64,000 nt of DNA, from the IMG/VR virus record IMGVR_UViG_3300007513_000001, positions 229,410 through 293,409 of that record. The stretch is one strand, 5' to 3'. A model generated the notes under the pieces. It was not told the DNA's origin and searched no databases. It was given only the letters and a program-made list of their open reading frames with translations. The number at the start of each line of letters is the position of its first letter. The stretch's first letter is position 1. Shown piece after piece: positions 1 to 9,253 of this stretch. A program made the position numbers and the translations under genes.

Positions 1-414
1 AATGCTGAAAACATAAATGCAGCAGTTTCAGAAGAAGATACTGATAGCGTTGTTTTTCATTATGCTAGTTCTAAAAGAAATTCTGTTTCTTCTTCTACGG
101 TTCGACGCAGAAACGCTTCGGGAACCACTATTTCAGTCCCAGGCCTTTCTTTTGGAGGGCTATTAGAGAAATATAAGCCTGAAATTCTTAAAATTGATAT
201 CGAAGGAAAAGAGTATGATATTTTAGATTCGATTAAAGAGATACCAGATTTTGTAGAAGTTGTTGGTATTGAATTTCACAATACTCGAAAACCATATTCG
301 GAATATCCTTCTCGTTTTTTTCCAGAATCTACTTGGAAAAAAGTAGAGCACCCTATTTTGATGTACGGACAGAAAAAGGTTTTAGATTACACATTTTATC
401 GCAAAGTTGTTTAG
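1..414 (+). CDS. FkbM-family SAM methyltransferase, C-terminal part (runs off left edge)
   Basis: Frame 1 is open from base 1 to TAG 412-414 (not in ORF track); translation LLEKYKPEILKIDIEGKEYDIL...VVGIEFH has the FkbM KIDIEGxE motif. Confidence 0.7.
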   Translation, partial: NAENINAAVSEEDTDSVVFHYASSKRNSVSSSTVRRRNASGTTISVPGLSFGGLLEKYKPEILKIDIEGKEYDILDSIKEIPDFVEVVGIEFHNTRKPYSEYPSRFFPESTWKKVEHPILMYGQKKVLDYTFYRKVV

Positions 415-423
415 GAGAAAATA

Positions 424-840
424 ATGGTTGTTAATGGTTTTGATATTGACGGAGTGATTCACCTTGGAGATAGTGTCTGTGGAATCCGCCCTGGTCCTGG
501 TGATGTGATTATTACCGGTCGAAGTTTTGAGGAAGAGGCCGAAACTCTAGCTTTTCTTCGTCGTAATGGAATTAATAATCCAGTATTTTTTAACCAGTGT
601 CATTATGATGAAAAAACTCGTGAAGGTTCTGGTTGGCACAAAGGCGAAACTATTAAGTTGTTGCATCGAGCTGGCCTCAGCATTCGATATTTTTTCGAAG
701 ACGATGAAGTTCAAAAAGCCGAAATTGAAAGAATTTTAGCAGAAAAAGAAATCTGGAATATGCCAACCAAAGTAATTCACGTTAACAATCCACATGTAGC
801 GAAAGAGAATAGACGTCACTTAGAGGATTTACATGAGTAA
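424..840 (+). CDS. HAD-superfamily phosphatase (PNK-phosphatase-like)
   Basis: FDIDGV (DxD motif I), IITGRS (motif II), FFEDD (motif IV). Confidence 0.65.
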   Translation: MVVNGFDIDGVIHLGDSVCGIRPGPGDVIITGRSFEEEAETLAFLRRNGINNPVFFNQCHYDEKTREGSGWHKGETIKLLHRAGLSIRYFFEDDEVQKAEIERILAEKEIWNMPTKVIHVNNPHVAKENRRHLEDLHE

Positions 841-2278
841 TTCTGAGCTTCTTAAAATGACTGATAAGCAGCTTTTTGATGAAATTCCCTCTCATAAAAA
901 GCAAGATTTTATAGACTTTATAAAAGAGCTTAATCGAAGAGAGTATTTAGTTAGATTTGCAAAATCGTGCACCTTTGAAAGCTTTCAGCATTTACCTGGT
1001 ACTTCTTTTAAATTTGGTAATGGTTTTATCGTAAATGGAAAATCAGTCCCTTATTTCCACCCCAATCGTAGCTTTCATGATGAAATTATTTGGTTGAATG
1101 AAAATCTTTTCTACAACCCTCATGCTACTTTTGAAGACAAGCTCATCAACGCAGCGATTGTAAAGTTTTATGGGCCATCTAACACTTTGAAGCTTATTGC
1201 TAGCGGAACAGGAAAGAATTTTGTAGATTATAAACGATTCATAGGAGACGCTAAGTATCTTCAACAAGTTTGTGTAAATTTGGAAACAGCTGTGAAAAAT
1301 AAAGAGAAGATATACGGAACCACAGAACTAAGAACAAGCCTACAAACTGCTGCTCGAAACTACGCAAGAGACGTTGGTTCTCCAATAGATAAACTTGAAT
1401 TAATTCCGTTGGTAGATAGAAAAGTTAGATCATGTCGACCTTCTGATATTCTTTTTTGGTTTACTAAGATCGGTCCAGATTTTGTAAATTTTTATAAGAA
1501 GACTCCAAACATGGAAGAGTCTTTCAAGTTTTTAAATTCTTTTAGAGGGATTGGAAATTATTATGGTTATCATTTTAGTTGCAATCTTGCTCGTATGCCC
1601 TCCGTTGGAAATTTAATATTCAAGGGTACCCCTGGCAAAATCGATGAAGATGATGAATATGTTGTTCCGGGTGTTGGAGCGATGTCTGCGATAAATTGGT
1701 TTTATGAACACCGCGGCCACTCTATAAACACAAAAGTTGGAAAAAAATTAATAAACGCTATTCGCGAACACCAAAATGATTTCTTCGATTTAAAGAAATC
1801 TGACAATTCTAAATTTTATATGGAAAAAGTTTCTGAGCTTGGGTATTTTACTAATTTCGGCTGTGAAATATCTTGCTGCCAGTTCGGAGTTTATCGAAGA
1901 TTAAGAGAAGATAAAAAATTAGCTTTAAGAAGAGCAGCTGCACCAATTTCAAAAGAGGAAGTCAAAATGATTCTTACGCCAAAAACCCTAATGCAAAAAC
2001 TGGGTCTTATTTCAGAAGATAAGCCTTCTGAAGAACACATCCAAACCACCAATCCCGCTTTAGATTTTTCTTCTACAAGCAAAGAAGATTTAATTCTTGC
2101 TATTGTCGATGAATCTGGAGGAGCTTGTTCACATTCTGCAGTGGCAAAAATGATAGAAGAAAAGGGATATACTCAATATAAACAGTCTGGAAGCTGGAAA
2201 GAAAGCTGGGTAATAATGAGAGAATTAGTTAAAAAGGGTGCTCTAGTTAAAGATGGAAAATTTTATCGGAGGTCGTAA
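833..2278 (+). CDS. aGPT-Pplase / 5hmdU DNA kinase helical-domain-like DNA base-modification protein with C-terminal winged helix
   Basis: GIGNYYGYHFSCNL...DEYVVPGVGAMSAINW...CEISCCQFGVYRR resembles the HhH-fold aGPT-Pplase clade-1 pattern (GxFxxYq..DL...GPGA..GL...EhxLCEfxKY); last ~60 aa look like a wHTH; operon context. Confidence 0.55.
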   Translation: MSNSELLKMTDKQLFDEIPSHKKQDFIDFIKELNRREYLVRFAKSCTFESFQHLPGTSFKFGNGFIVNGKSVPYFHPNRSFHDEIIWLNENLFYNPHATFEDKLINAAIVKFYGPSNTLKLIASGTGKNFVDYKRFIGDAKYLQQVCVNLETAVKNKEKIYGTTELRTSLQTAARNYARDVGSPIDKLELIPLVDRKVRSCRPSDILFWFTKIGPDFVNFYKKTPNMEESFKFLNSFRGIGNYYGYHFSCNLARMPSVGNLIFKGTPGKIDEDDEYVVPGVGAMSAINWFYEHRGHSINTKVGKKLINAIREHQNDFFDLKKSDNSKFYMEKVSELGYFTNFGCEISCCQFGVYRRLREDKKLALRRAAAPISKEEVKMILTPKTLMQKLGLISEDKPSEEHIQTTNPALDFSSTSKEDLILAIVDESGGACSHSAVAKMIEEKGYTQYKQSGSWKESWVIMRELVKKGALVKDGKFYRRS

Positions 2279-3456
2279 TGCAAAACGTGAGGTGGGGAAC
2301 TATCATTCCCCTTATTGGGGGTAGCGCTATAGGGTGCTCTCAAGCCACTAAAAATAAGCCAGAATTTCATCTTAGTTATTCTGCTTTTGGCGCTAACGAA
2401 AAGTATTTAACCGATTATTGGAAAGACGTACCTCGTATAGTTTTAGATGAAGGTGGAGAAATCCCAAATCAGCAAATTGATTTTATCAACTCAGTTTGTC
2501 CATGCGCGGGTTTAAGTCAGCTTAATACTTCTAGAAGCAAAGATATGCGTGAATCTAAAAATTACTGGATGTACGAATCCGCTCAAAGGATAATGGGAGA
2601 ACTTAAACCGAGAGTTTACTGGGGAGAAAATGCTCCCGGCCTTTTTACTAATTCGGGTGCGTACGTACGTGACAAGCTTAAAACCCTGGCCAAAGAACAT
2701 GGTTATTCCTTTTCTCTTTATAAAACTGATACTCAAAAACATGGAATACCACAGCGAAGAGTAAGAACTTTTTATTTTTTTTGGAGAGATACTAATCCGC
2801 CTATTTTAAATTATTTTGATCAAACTCCTGTCCCTTTTGCAGAGTACATCAAAGAGATACCAGATACAGCAACTTTACAAGATCAGTTTAATATTGCGGG
2901 AAAAATTTCTGACAATTTTGATTCTTACGCTTTCGTTCTTCAGAAGTTGAAAATAACCCACAGAGAATTCGTGAAATCTAATGATTCCGGGTCTATTCAT
3001 TCAATTTTTTCTTACCTTGCTGAAAATGAACTTTTAAAAGAGTGCATAGACTGGATAGAAAAAAACAAAAATGAAGAAACAGCTGAACACAGAAGATTGA
3101 AAGCTATTTATAAAAAAGTTCAATCTGGTGGGAGATTTATGGATGCTTCTCCGGGGTATTATTATGCTAGAACTAACGCTATAGTGGGAAGGACTTTAAC
3201 GCATTTAGTTCACCCCACTGAAGATCGCGGCATGTCTATTCGAGAGCTGCTTCATATGATGGGGCTGCCTCATGACTTTGAAATGAGCGATAGAAAATCC
3301 TTGAATGTAATAGCGCAGAACGTTCCTACGTGTACAGCCCGAGATATGGCTACTCAAGTTATTGAATACTTAAACGGTGGTTTACAAATTGCAGAAAACA
3401 GTTTTTTAATGCAAAATAACTTAAAACAGGAGACCACGTTATGCGAGCCCTTGTAA
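2278..3456 (+). CDS. C5 DNA cytosine methyltransferase (divergent motif I)
   Basis: PCAGLS (catalytic motif IV), GENAPG (VI), PQRRVRTF (VIII), RGMSIRELLHMMGLP (IX), NVP (X); motif I is IPLIGG. Confidence 0.85.
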   Translation: MQNVRWGTIIPLIGGSAIGCSQATKNKPEFHLSYSAFGANEKYLTDYWKDVPRIVLDEGGEIPNQQIDFINSVCPCAGLSQLNTSRSKDMRESKNYWMYESAQRIMGELKPRVYWGENAPGLFTNSGAYVRDKLKTLAKEHGYSFSLYKTDTQKHGIPQRRVRTFYFFWRDTNPPILNYFDQTPVPFAEYIKEIPDTATLQDQFNIAGKISDNFDSYAFVLQKLKITHREFVKSNDSGSIHSIFSYLAENELLKECIDWIEKNKNEETAEHRRLKAIYKKVQSGGRFMDASPGYYYARTNAIVGRTLTHLVHPTEDRGMSIRELLHMMGLPHDFEMSDRKSLNVIAQNVPTCTARDMATQVIEYLNGGLQIAENSFLMQNNLKQETTLCEPL

Positions 3457-4427
3457 CTGGAGGTTGCGGATTTATTGGATCATGCATCTCTAAAAAATTA
3501 GTAGATTCAGGATGGGATGTTGAGATAGTTGACGATATGTCTAATGGGAATTATGAGTTTTTAGATGGCTATCGCATAAGATCAGTTCCGGTTCAGCTTG
3601 GTGAAAGTTTTGAAAACCAAGTCAAAAAGCAAGAACATCAAATTTTAGTTTTGGTTGGAGATTTTACTAGCTACGAAGTCGTTAGAAGAATTGTGGAAAA
3701 AAAATATGATGTAATATTTCATTGCGCAGCCAATCCACGCGTAGAATACTCAGTTCAAAACCCTGTTGAAACAACAGACGAAAATCTAACTAAAACAATT
3801 AAGCTTTTTACTCACTCTATTGGAAACGTCAAAAGGATAGTGTTTTCCTCTAGTTGTTCAATATACGGTGATCCGTGGACTCTTCCTACTACAGAATCTC
3901 ACGGAAAAAATCCAAATAGTCCATACGCGCTTCAAAAGCTTTGTGTCGAAGAGTTTGCGCGACTGTATTCTAAAACTTATGATTTAGACATAGCTTGTTT
4001 GCGATACTTCAATGTTTATGGCCCTTATCAATATGGAGGGTCTCCATATTCTACAGCTATCGTATCTTGGTGTGACAAAGTAAAAAATGGTTTACCGCTT
4101 CGCAGTGATGGTGATGGAACGCAGTCTAGAGATATGGTTTTTGTAGAAGACGTTGCGAGAGCAAATATTTTAGCTGCGACTCATAAAGAAAACTTTAGTG
4201 GAAAATGCATTAATATTGGAACTGGAGCTTCTTATACTAATAATCAAATTTTAGATATTTTTAAGTCTAAGTTTCCCGACATAGAAATTAGTCATGCACC
4301 AGAAAGATCCGGAGACGTAAAACACACTCAGGCATGCACAAAAGAAGCAAGGAATTTTTTAGGATTCAGAACTGAATATTCTTTAGAAGAAGGTCTAGAA
4401 AAAACTTTTGACTGGTGGGAGATTTGA
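3441..4427 (+). CDS. NAD-dependent NDP-sugar epimerase/dehydratase
   Basis: ALVTGGCGFIGS Rossmann motif, SSCSIYG, YALQK (YxxxK), LRYFNVYGP, RDMVFVEDVA. Confidence 0.95.
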   Translation: MRALVTGGCGFIGSCISKKLVDSGWDVEIVDDMSNGNYEFLDGYRIRSVPVQLGESFENQVKKQEHQILVLVGDFTSYEVVRRIVEKKYDVIFHCAANPRVEYSVQNPVETTDENLTKTIKLFTHSIGNVKRIVFSSSCSIYGDPWTLPTTESHGKNPNSPYALQKLCVEEFARLYSKTYDLDIACLRYFNVYGPYQYGGSPYSTAIVSWCDKVKNGLPLRSDGDGTQSRDMVFVEDVARANILAATHKENFSGKCINIGTGASYTNNQILDIFKSKFPDIEISHAPERSGDVKHTQACTKEARNFLGFRTEYSLEEGLEKTFDWWEI

Positions 4428-4984
4428 TGAAAAATGAATTTGTTATGTTTGTCGGACCCATGTTTGGTGGGAAAACTACTAAACTTTTAAGCGCGATAGA
4501 CAGATATCGATATCAAGGTAGAGACATTCATGTGTTTAAACCGATAGTAGATGAAAGATATTCTAAGGAAGAAATAGTAACCCATTGGGGAACTAAAATT
4601 CCAGCTACTAGAATCACCTCTCCAGTTAGCAGCCTTCATCCAGTATTTGAGCCTTTCTATCACCTTAAAGAATCTTGCGTTTTAGCAGTAGATGAAGCTT
4701 TTATGTTAGAGGGAGTTGGAAAAGTTTTGGTCGACCTGTTTAGAAGAGGCCACACAGTGCTTGTTTCTTCTCTTCAGCTTTCTTCTGATTTTACTCCATA
4801 TAAAGAGCTTCAAACCATGCTTCCGTACGCTACAAAAGTAGAAGTTTGTCCGGCAGTATGCTCTACGTGCGGCGCAGACGCGCACTATACTAAAAAGGTT
4901 GGCGGTCGTTCTGATCACGCAATCGAGGTAGGGGGATCAGAGATGTATCAGCCTAAGTGTTTAGAGCATTTTTATTTGGGATAA
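4427..4984 (+). CDS. tdk: thymidine kinase
   Basis: GPMFGGKTT P-loop, VDEAF Walker B, CSTCG zinc knuckle, GGSEMYQPKC; ATG overlaps upstream TGA. Confidence 0.93.
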   Translation: MKNEFVMFVGPMFGGKTTKLLSAIDRYRYQGRDIHVFKPIVDERYSKEEIVTHWGTKIPATRITSPVSSLHPVFEPFYHLKESCVLAVDEAFMLEGVGKVLVDLFRRGHTVLVSSLQLSSDFTPYKELQTMLPYATKVEVCPAVCSTCGADAHYTKKVGGRSDHAIEVGGSEMYQPKCLEHFYLG

Positions 4985-5019
4985 TTATGAAATTCTAGTT
5001 AATTCTAGTTATAATTTTA

Positions 5020-5460
5020 TTGAAGGATATTTTAACATTGTCAGACAAACACCACAAATCATCTTGGAAGTCTAGATCTTCTCTTGCTGTTACCCCATGG
5101 GGATCTGAGATCCGATGGGCTGCAACTGCCGGAGTAAATGGAAAATGCCTCAGCATTAACAAGGGCATGAGAACAAGCTTAAAATACTATAAGTTAAAAG
5201 ACGAAGTTCTTTTTCTTTACAAGGGGAAGATTTTAGTAACTCACGGAGATGAAAAAACTATAACGCATCCAGAAACACATCCATATGTTCAATCTATTCT
5301 TGCGCCTGGAGAAATGGTAATAGTGCAGAGCCATTGCCCTTACAGGATTGAAGCTTTAGAAGATTCTGAAGTTATTGAAATAGGCTCTCGAGGTCCAGGC
5401 GACACAGTCATGCTGGAGGATGATTTCGGGAGAGCAGATAAAGCAGATAAGGAGCTTTAA
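5020..5460 (+). CDS. cupin, mannose-6-phosphate-isomerase-like
   Basis: TPWGSE...GKCLSINKGMRTSLKYYKLKDE resembles KPWGxE...SLQxHxxKxE cupins; TTG start. Confidence 0.6.
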   Translation: MKDILTLSDKHHKSSWKSRSSLAVTPWGSEIRWAATAGVNGKCLSINKGMRTSLKYYKLKDEVLFLYKGKILVTHGDEKTITHPETHPYVQSILAPGEMVIVQSHCPYRIEALEDSEVIEIGSRGPGDTVMLEDDFGRADKADKEL

Positions 5461-6366
5461 ATGACAGTAACTGACCCATCTTCAGTCAATGTAGTGATAT
5501 ATCACGCAGACTGCACTGACGGATTCGGAGCTGCATACGCAGCTTGGAAACTACTTGGAAATAGAGCTGAATATCATGCATGTAAACATGGTAAACCACC
5601 GCCAGACGTAAAAGGAAAAGTTGTTGCTATTTTAGATTTTTCTTATGACAATGCTACAACTAAACGAATGATAGAAGACGCGGAAGGGCTGATCATCATC
5701 GATCATCATAAGTCAGCAGTCGTAGAATTGCACGATATCAGTAATGCTATTTTTGATATGGCTCATTCTGGAACAGTTCTTTCTTGGAACTTTTTTCACC
5801 CGGGAAAAGAATCTCCTAAGTTTTTGACTTATATTGAAGATCGCGATCTTTGGAAGTGGGAACTCCCATATTCAAAAGAATTTAGTGCAGCATTTGATAT
5901 GGTTCCATTTGAATTCGAGGAATTTGAAAAATTTGAAGACGATTCTGTATTCGATGACGCTGTAAAACGAGGTTCTTACATTTTGGCGTATTCAAAAACT
6001 GTTGTAAAGAAAGTTTGTGAAAAAGCTGAGCCGAGAAAGTTTGAAGGTAAGGATGTACTAGTCGTCAATGCGTCTCACTGGATGTCAGAGATTGGAGCTC
6101 GTCTTTCTCCAGACTGCGATTTTGCGATGATCTGGTATTGGGATCACGTTGCGCAGCACACTAAAGTTTCTCTAAGAGCTTTTCATGAAACTGTGGACGT
6201 TTCTGAAATTTCTAAAAAGTTCGGTGGCGGCGGCCACAAAAAAGCAGCTGGATTTCAGCTTTCCAAAAGTAAGCATGTTGAAGATTTATTTGATAAGCCG
6301 AAAACAACTAGAAAAAAATCTACTAAATCTTCAGCTAAAACTGTAAAGAAAACGGAGACTTCTTGA
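5461..6366 (+). CDS. DHH/DHHA1 phosphoesterase
   Basis: YHADCTDGFGAA, ILDFS, IDHHKS, IEDRDLW, GGGGHKKAAGF. Confidence 0.9.
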   Translation: MTVTDPSSVNVVIYHADCTDGFGAAYAAWKLLGNRAEYHACKHGKPPPDVKGKVVAILDFSYDNATTKRMIEDAEGLIIIDHHKSAVVELHDISNAIFDMAHSGTVLSWNFFHPGKESPKFLTYIEDRDLWKWELPYSKEFSAAFDMVPFEFEEFEKFEDDSVFDDAVKRGSYILAYSKTVVKKVCEKAEPRKFEGKDVLVVNASHWMSEIGARLSPDCDFAMIWYWDHVAQHTKVSLRAFHETVDVSEISKKFGGGGHKKAAGFQLSKSKHVEDLFDKPKTTRKKSTKSSAKTVKKTETS

Positions 6367-6764
6367 GACCGTCGTGGGATAAAATATGGATGGATTTCGC
6401 AAGCTCAATCGCTGAGAGATCTTACGACCCAAGATTTCAAGTGGGCGCTGTTATTATTACTGAAGACAACAGCCAAGTTTTAGCTGTTGGATATAACGGA
6501 AATTACGCTGGAGGTCCCAATGAAGTAGAATCAGAAACCCCTGGGGAATCTGGCATGCTTCATGCTGAAATTAATGCATTACTTAAAATGGATTACAACA
6601 ACCCTAAAAAGAAAAAGCTTTATCTAACTCTTTCTCCTTGTAGAATGTGCGCAAAGGCTATAATTAATAGCGGAATTAATGAAGTAGTTTATGCTGAATC
6701 TTATAGGGACCTATCGGGGATAGAACTTTTAAAAGAATGTGGCATATCTGTAAGACACGTTTGA
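6363..6764 (+). CDS. dCMP deaminase
   Basis: RPSWD N-terminus, VGYNG, HAEINA, SPCRMC zinc ligands; TTG start overlaps upstream TGA. Confidence 0.92.
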   Translation: MRPSWDKIWMDFASSIAERSYDPRFQVGAVIITEDNSQVLAVGYNGNYAGGPNEVESETPGESGMLHAEINALLKMDYNNPKKKKLYLTLSPCRMCAKAIINSGINEVVYAESYRDLSGIELLKECGISVRHV

Positions 6765-6811
6765 TTCAGAACTTAATATGTAGTAATGAATTGTAATTAA
6801 CGAGGACCGTA

Positions 6812-8212
6812 ATGTCACGATTAACTATGAAAGAGAGATTCGAGCTTTTTGCGAAGTGTGGAGCTTTCGGAAATTTAGAAGATTTAATGCTTCAAGAATC
6901 CAGCGTTTCTTTTCTAATGATAGAACAATTAGAAAATGACGACGTTCAAAAACTTAGAACGTCTATTGCTAATAGTAAAAAGGTAGTAAACCAAGCGAAA
7001 TCATCTCTAGCTGATAAGTTTCCTAAATCTTTAGGACCTTATTTGTCTGGGCATGCTTCAAACCTTGACAAGGCTGAGCAGTTAGCTTCTAAAATAGATT
7101 TGTCTAACCCGGAAGGACTTAAGGGCATGCTTTCAAGCATGCTTGGCGGCAAAGTCGACGTCGGCAGAGCTCTTCAGGGAGTGTTAGAAATTGAAGCACA
7201 GTCAAATCAATCGTTAGAAACTTTTAAAAATGCTATCGCCTTAATACACAGAAATCTTGATGGTAAGCTAGAAGACGACACGAAACTTTCGGAAATTCCA
7301 GCGGATGTGGGAATTACTTCAGATCAATTAAAAGACGCTGTTAAAAAAGCGTTTAAGGGAGCTGGCAAAAAAGGCGTATTCGCAAAGATGGCCGGCTTTT
7401 TTAAGAAAAAAGCGGCAGATATTCCTGGCGCTGAAGAGGTTGGAGAATTTCCAGCTGAAGAGTTTGCTACTGAACTTTTAGAATTACCGTTTAAAGAGCT
7501 GAAAGCTTTGGCTTCTGGCACGCAGAAATTAGAGCCTCCTGCGCCAAACGAAGATGCTATTACCGATGTAAATCAAAAAGCAGAAGAAGAAACTACAGAA
7601 ACCCCGGGAGAAGAAACTACAGAAACCCCGGGAGAAGACGCTGAAGAAACCCCTGGAGAAGATACTGAAGAGCCAGATGCTCCAGAAAACCCAGACCAAG
7701 AACAAGCGGAAAACGAAGCCGCTCTAGATGCGGCTGTTTCCGCTGAAGAAAACCAAGCCCAATCCCCCTTAAAAGCTGCCATGGACGCAGTTGATGGGTG
7801 GGTTAGTGGTCTTTCGCCATCATCTCAACAAACTCTCAAAAGAGGAAAAAGAGACGAAGAGCTTAAAACAGGGATTCAATCTGCCGTAGAGGACGTCGCC
7901 GGGGCTTTACAAAAAGCCGTGAAAGGCTCAATAGATAAGTGGGTTGGTACGCACGGTGAAACCCTTATTAAATCTAAACGTTTTAAGAAGGGAACTTTTG
8001 AAAATATGTCAGACACTATTGCTGACCTCATGGCCAATTTAATGATTTCCACTAACGAATCTGGAATACCACTTACTAAAAACAAGGTTCAAAAATCAGT
8101 TTATTCTTATTTAAACAGAAAATATTTGACTGATTACGATTCTATGATAAGTGAATCATCTAAAATTATGGATAGGTGGAATCATTTAGCGGGTTTAGAT
8201 CATGAAAATTGA
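6812..8212 (+). CDS. acidic hypothetical protein, probable virion component
   Basis: 466 aa; LMLQES/MISESS LxE sites, E/T/P/G repeat linker, C-terminal MDRWNHLAGL motif also seen at the end of 11134..12708. Confidence 0.75.
   Translation: MSRLTMKERFELFAKCGAFGNLEDLMLQESSVSFLMIEQLENDDVQKLRTSIANSKKVVNQAKSSLADKFPKSLGPYLSGHASNLDKAEQLASKIDLSNPEGLKGMLSSMLGGKVDVGRALQGVLEIEAQSNQSLETFKNAIALIHRNLDGKLEDDTKLSEIPADVGITSDQLKDAVKKAFKGAGKKGVFAKMAGFFKKKAADIPGAEEVGEFPAEEFATELLELPFKELKALASGTQKLEPPAPNEDAITDVNQKAEEETTETPGEETTETPGEDAEETPGEDTEEPDAPENPDQEQAENEAALDAAVSAEENQAQSPLKAAMDAVDGWVSGLSPSSQQTLKRGKRDEELKTGIQSAVEDVAGALQKAVKGSIDKWVGTHGETLIKSKRFKKGTFENMSDTIADLMANLMISTNESGIPLTKNKVQKSVYSYLNRKYLTDYDSMISESSKIMDRWNHLAGLDHEN
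7586..7657 (+). repeat. 24-bp coding tandem repeat (EETTETPG x2 plus a degenerate copy)
   Basis: gaagaaactacagaaaccccggga exact at 7586 and 7610, degenerate at 7634. Confidence 0.9.
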
Positions 8213-8570
8213 TAAATTAGCTAATCGTCTCTTGCACGCAAGATATAAACAGCGGCTTCTTGAAGCGATATCAGAGGTAGATGTTGTAGACGATCAAGGA
8301 AATATTATTATTGCTAAAGACTTAAAAGTTCGCCATAAAGATTCTGGTTACGAATATACGGTAGACGATGTAGTTGATGACGCCGGCGCAATTAGTGTAG
8401 TTTTAAGAGAACCTTCAGAGCCCAGGTTTGAGCCGGCTGGCTCCGAAGCGCTATTGGGCTCTCCGCCAAACCAACAGCTTGATCTAAACGAAGACGACGC
8501 TGCCGAAGAAGAAGAGGTAGTTTTTATAGTAGACCAGGCAGAATTTGAAAAGGAGTACGAAGTCAAATGA
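8202..8570 (+). CDS. hypothetical acidic protein
   Basis: ORF overlapping neighbours; RLLEA leader-like site. Confidence 0.75.
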   Translation: MKIDKLANRLLHARYKQRLLEAISEVDVVDDQGNIIIAKDLKVRHKDSGYEYTVDDVVDDAGAISVVLREPSEPRFEPAGSEALLGSPPNQQLDLNEDDAAEEEEVVFIVDQAEFEKEYEVK

Positions 8571-9253
8571 GCAATTTAGAAAGAGATATAAAAAATCAAA
8601 TTATTTCTGATTTGGGATTAGAAAATAGAGAGCTCTCTGAAGCTTATGTGACTCAAGCGAAGCAGTTTGAATTGAACACTGAATTATTGAGTTCGAAAAC
8701 TAAGAAAGTTCAGCAAGAGATGATGAATGGTTATGTTGAAACTCTTAATCACGTTGCTGCTTCACTAGATACTGCCGCAGAAGACAACGCTAATTCAGAT
8801 TCTTCAAAGTTCAGATCTTTAAAAATAGACGAAGTTTACAACATGAATGGTGCGTTTTTGTTCGGAATGCACTTTGAAAATATATCGGACCCTCAATCTA
8901 AAATAATGGTAGATTCTTTGACATTTATGCGCTTAGAGAGAGACTTTGGGACTTTTGATGAGTGGCAAAAAGATTTCATCGGTTGCGCCCTATCATCTCG
9001 CTCGGGCTGGGTAGTGACAGTTTATAACGGGTTTTTAAATCGGTACATGAATGTCTGCATTGATTCTAACGATATTAGTGTACCACTCAATTGTTATCCC
9101 CTTATAGTATTAAGCATGCACCCAGAGTCTTACGTGAGGGATTATCTGGGGGATAAGAAAGCCTATGTTTATGCGATGATGCAAGAATTTAAGTGGGACG
9201 TAGTAGAATCTAGATTCAAAAAATCTGATAAAATCAGCAAGGTGCTTAAATGA
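8567..9253 (+). CDS. Fe/Mn superoxide dismutase-fold protein lacking the metal ligands
   Basis: GYVETLN, RDFGTFDEWQKDF, SGWVV, PLIVLSM..ESYVRDY, KKAYV..FKWDVVESRF align by eye to SOD; DVWEHAYY replaced by SMHPESYV. Confidence 0.8.
   Translation: MSNLERDIKNQIISDLGLENRELSEAYVTQAKQFELNTELLSSKTKKVQQEMMNGYVETLNHVAASLDTAAEDNANSDSSKFRSLKIDEVYNMNGAFLFGMHFENISDPQSKIMVDSLTFMRLERDFGTFDEWQKDFIGCALSSRSGWVVTVYNGFLNRYMNVCIDSNDISVPLNCYPLIVLSMHPESYVRDYLGDKKAYVYAMMQEFKWDVVESRFKKSDKISKVLK

Noticed and set aside
4991-5010. Tandem aattctagtt x2 overlapping a TATAAT
   Set aside because: Only two short AT-rich copies; may be an operator but cannot be supported
7586-7657. 24-bp tandem repeat as a regulatory array
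   Set aside because: Encodes an E/T/P/G linker in frame; ordinary slippage expansion
8567-9253. Functional superoxide dismutase as an auxiliary metabolic gene
   Set aside because: Metal-binding residues are not conserved; reported as a pseudoenzyme instead
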